From the NCBI RefSeq assembly GCF_009914755.1, contig NC_060932.1: a stretch of DNA of 64,000 nucleotides; one strand, written 5' to 3'. This document shows positions 62,264-64,000 of this stretch, in pieces (positions within the stretch are counted from its first letter, which is position 1; the number at the start of each line of letters is the position of its first letter). Origin of the DNA: the human T2T-CHM13v2.0 reference genome, Homo sapiens. The notes beneath the pieces were generated by a model that was not told the DNA's origin, did not search any database, and was given only the letters and a program-made list of their open reading frames with translations. The translations under genes were made by a program, and so were the position numbers.

Positions 62264-62297
62264 GGGGCGGGGGGGGGGGGGGGGGGGGGGGGGGGGG
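62264..62297 (+). repeat. Poly(G) tract (G4-C-G29)
   Basis: Uninterrupted G from 62269 to 62297. Confidence 0.9.
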
Positions 62298-63796
62298 ATT
62301 CTTTCTTTTTTAACCATTCTTTACTTCAAAATGAAGTCTGACATAAGAAAATTTGAAAAACGTTTTACATTAACTCTGCATCCCTTTAAAGGTTTATTTT
62401 TCTTTCTGTGAAAATAAAAGTTCCTTGAGAAGTCTTTGAGAATGGATTGTTTTAATGAAGTAAAATTTCCCCTAATCTACATGCTGTTTCATAAGTTATA
62501 CTTTTTGACAAAAAAAAAAGTTTTAAGAATACACAATAAGCTGTAATTTCATGAGTATAGTTTACAGAAAATCCATCTATAATTGGCCATATGTTAAAAG
62601 GTAGCTGAATTAATTTTGAATGGCAATACTCAGAAATCTACTCACATGCCAATACAATGATTTTCAAACAAAAAAGGATTAAATGTCTGACATACTATGT
62701 ATTTTCCTGTTAACTGTCCATCTCCCTTCAGCTGTATGCTCAATAAATATTTGGGGAAAGAATGAAGACAGACAGGTGGGTATTTAGAAGGGTTATAACA
62801 CCACCCACAAAATGATCTCTGTATCTTCACCATCCAACACCTACCCACTCACAATCTATAGAACCGAGAGGACTAAATCAGGCCTTTTCAGTTTGCTTTC
62901 CCATCCTGCTTAATGGCCACATAGATTACCAACAGACCAGAGCGGGCCTGGCCCAGGTCTCAATAGTGAAGTGGAGAAGATAAGTCTCTAACGGTCTTCA
63001 AGGACAATACATTTGTGGGAATACCATCTTCCTGCAAAATATACTTTCTGCAAAGACAAAATGAGTTATGCTTATCAATTTATGTTTGGGTGGTGATGTA
63101 GATAGACTGCAAGGGAAGAAACAAAGTTCACCAGGGATTAGCTACCATGAGATTACTGAGATTTTGCTTTGTTGGAGGCTAAATGTAACTTTACGAAATG
63201 TGGGAAAAAATGCCTCATACATCTCAAGTAAATAAAGTACTGTGGTGCCTAGCCCTTCCCTGGATAGTCACATTCCTCGTAACAAGCTTCTATTGAGTAT
63301 ACAGAAGGGACAAAAAAGTAAAAACTGTCAAAATCTGGAATAGACAACCCTGGTACAGTTGGCACACATATCAAGTAATCCCGACCTCCAGAAATGGCAA
63401 GGACCATTTAGAGCGCTATAGGCCCTCTAAAGATGATGCTCATGAGTGGTAGGGAATACCCAATGCACGAGTTAACAGGACAGTGCAATCACATTTATGG
63501 CACATTAGAGGAGATGTGACCATACAATCATTAAGTTCAATACCCTAATTTTACAGAGAACTTAAGGCCCAGGGACTTGCCTAATACTACAACGTAACAG
63601 AACTGGGATTTAAACCTAGGATCTCAGACTCTCATTCCAGTAGGCTCTCCATTAAAATATGCTTACTTATGTTACTACTTTGGAGAAGGAAAATATATAC
63701 ATACACACAACACACTCCATTTCTTCAGTTTGATACTTACAATTTAATGTATTAAAAATATGTTGTAACATGAAAAATCTGAATTATAAAAAATTA

Positions 63797-64000
63797 AGGC
63801 CAGGAGAGGTAGCTCATGCCTATAAACTCAGCACTTTGGGAGGCCAAGGTGGGAGGCTCTCTTCAGCCCAGATTTGGAGACCAGCCTGGGCGATATAGAG
63901 AGACCGCCATCTCCACCAAAAAAAAAAAAAAAAAAAAAAAATTAGCCAGGTGTGGTGGTGTGCCTGAAGTCCCAATTACTTGGGAGGCTGAGGCAGGAGG
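63797..64000 (+). mobile_element. AluJ (runs off the window)
   Basis: Left arm, A tract and start of right arm. Confidence 0.88.

Overview
Human-type, AT-rich, repeat-dense genomic DNA from inside ARFGEF1 (BIG1, brefeldin A-inhibited ARF guanine-nucleotide exchange factor 1), which is transcribed on the minus strand. Six coding exons (numbered 2-7 by recall; 31, 157, 147, 180, 277 and 111 nt) lie at 10414-24925, with canonical GT/AG boundaries and compatible phases. Exon 1 lies beyond the right edge and exon 8 beyond the left edge. The rest is intron: about 42 Alu copies or fragments, a full-length SVA (SVA_F-like), old L1M/L1PB fragments, solo LTRs (MER68, MER77/MER21-like, MaLR), Tigger/hAT MITEs, and L2/MIR relics. 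I found no novel protein-coding system. The most notable unexplained signals are: (i) recurrent fold-back or templated-insertion scars (hairpins built from neighbouring sequence) in several Alus, the SVA and unique DNA; (ii) atypical retrotransposition products, namely a 5'-intact, 3'-truncated L1PB with a TSD, an ~80-nt polyadenylated MER41-type LTR retrocopy with a TSD, and a 5'-inverted L1MA; (iii) an Alu polarity switch around exons 2-4 that suits back-splicing; (iv) a 31-bp-arm AT-rich hairpin beside the micro-exon; (v) a G29 run. Repeat subfamily calls come from my memory of consensus sequences, not from a database search, and repeat boundaries are approximate unless a TSD is quoted.
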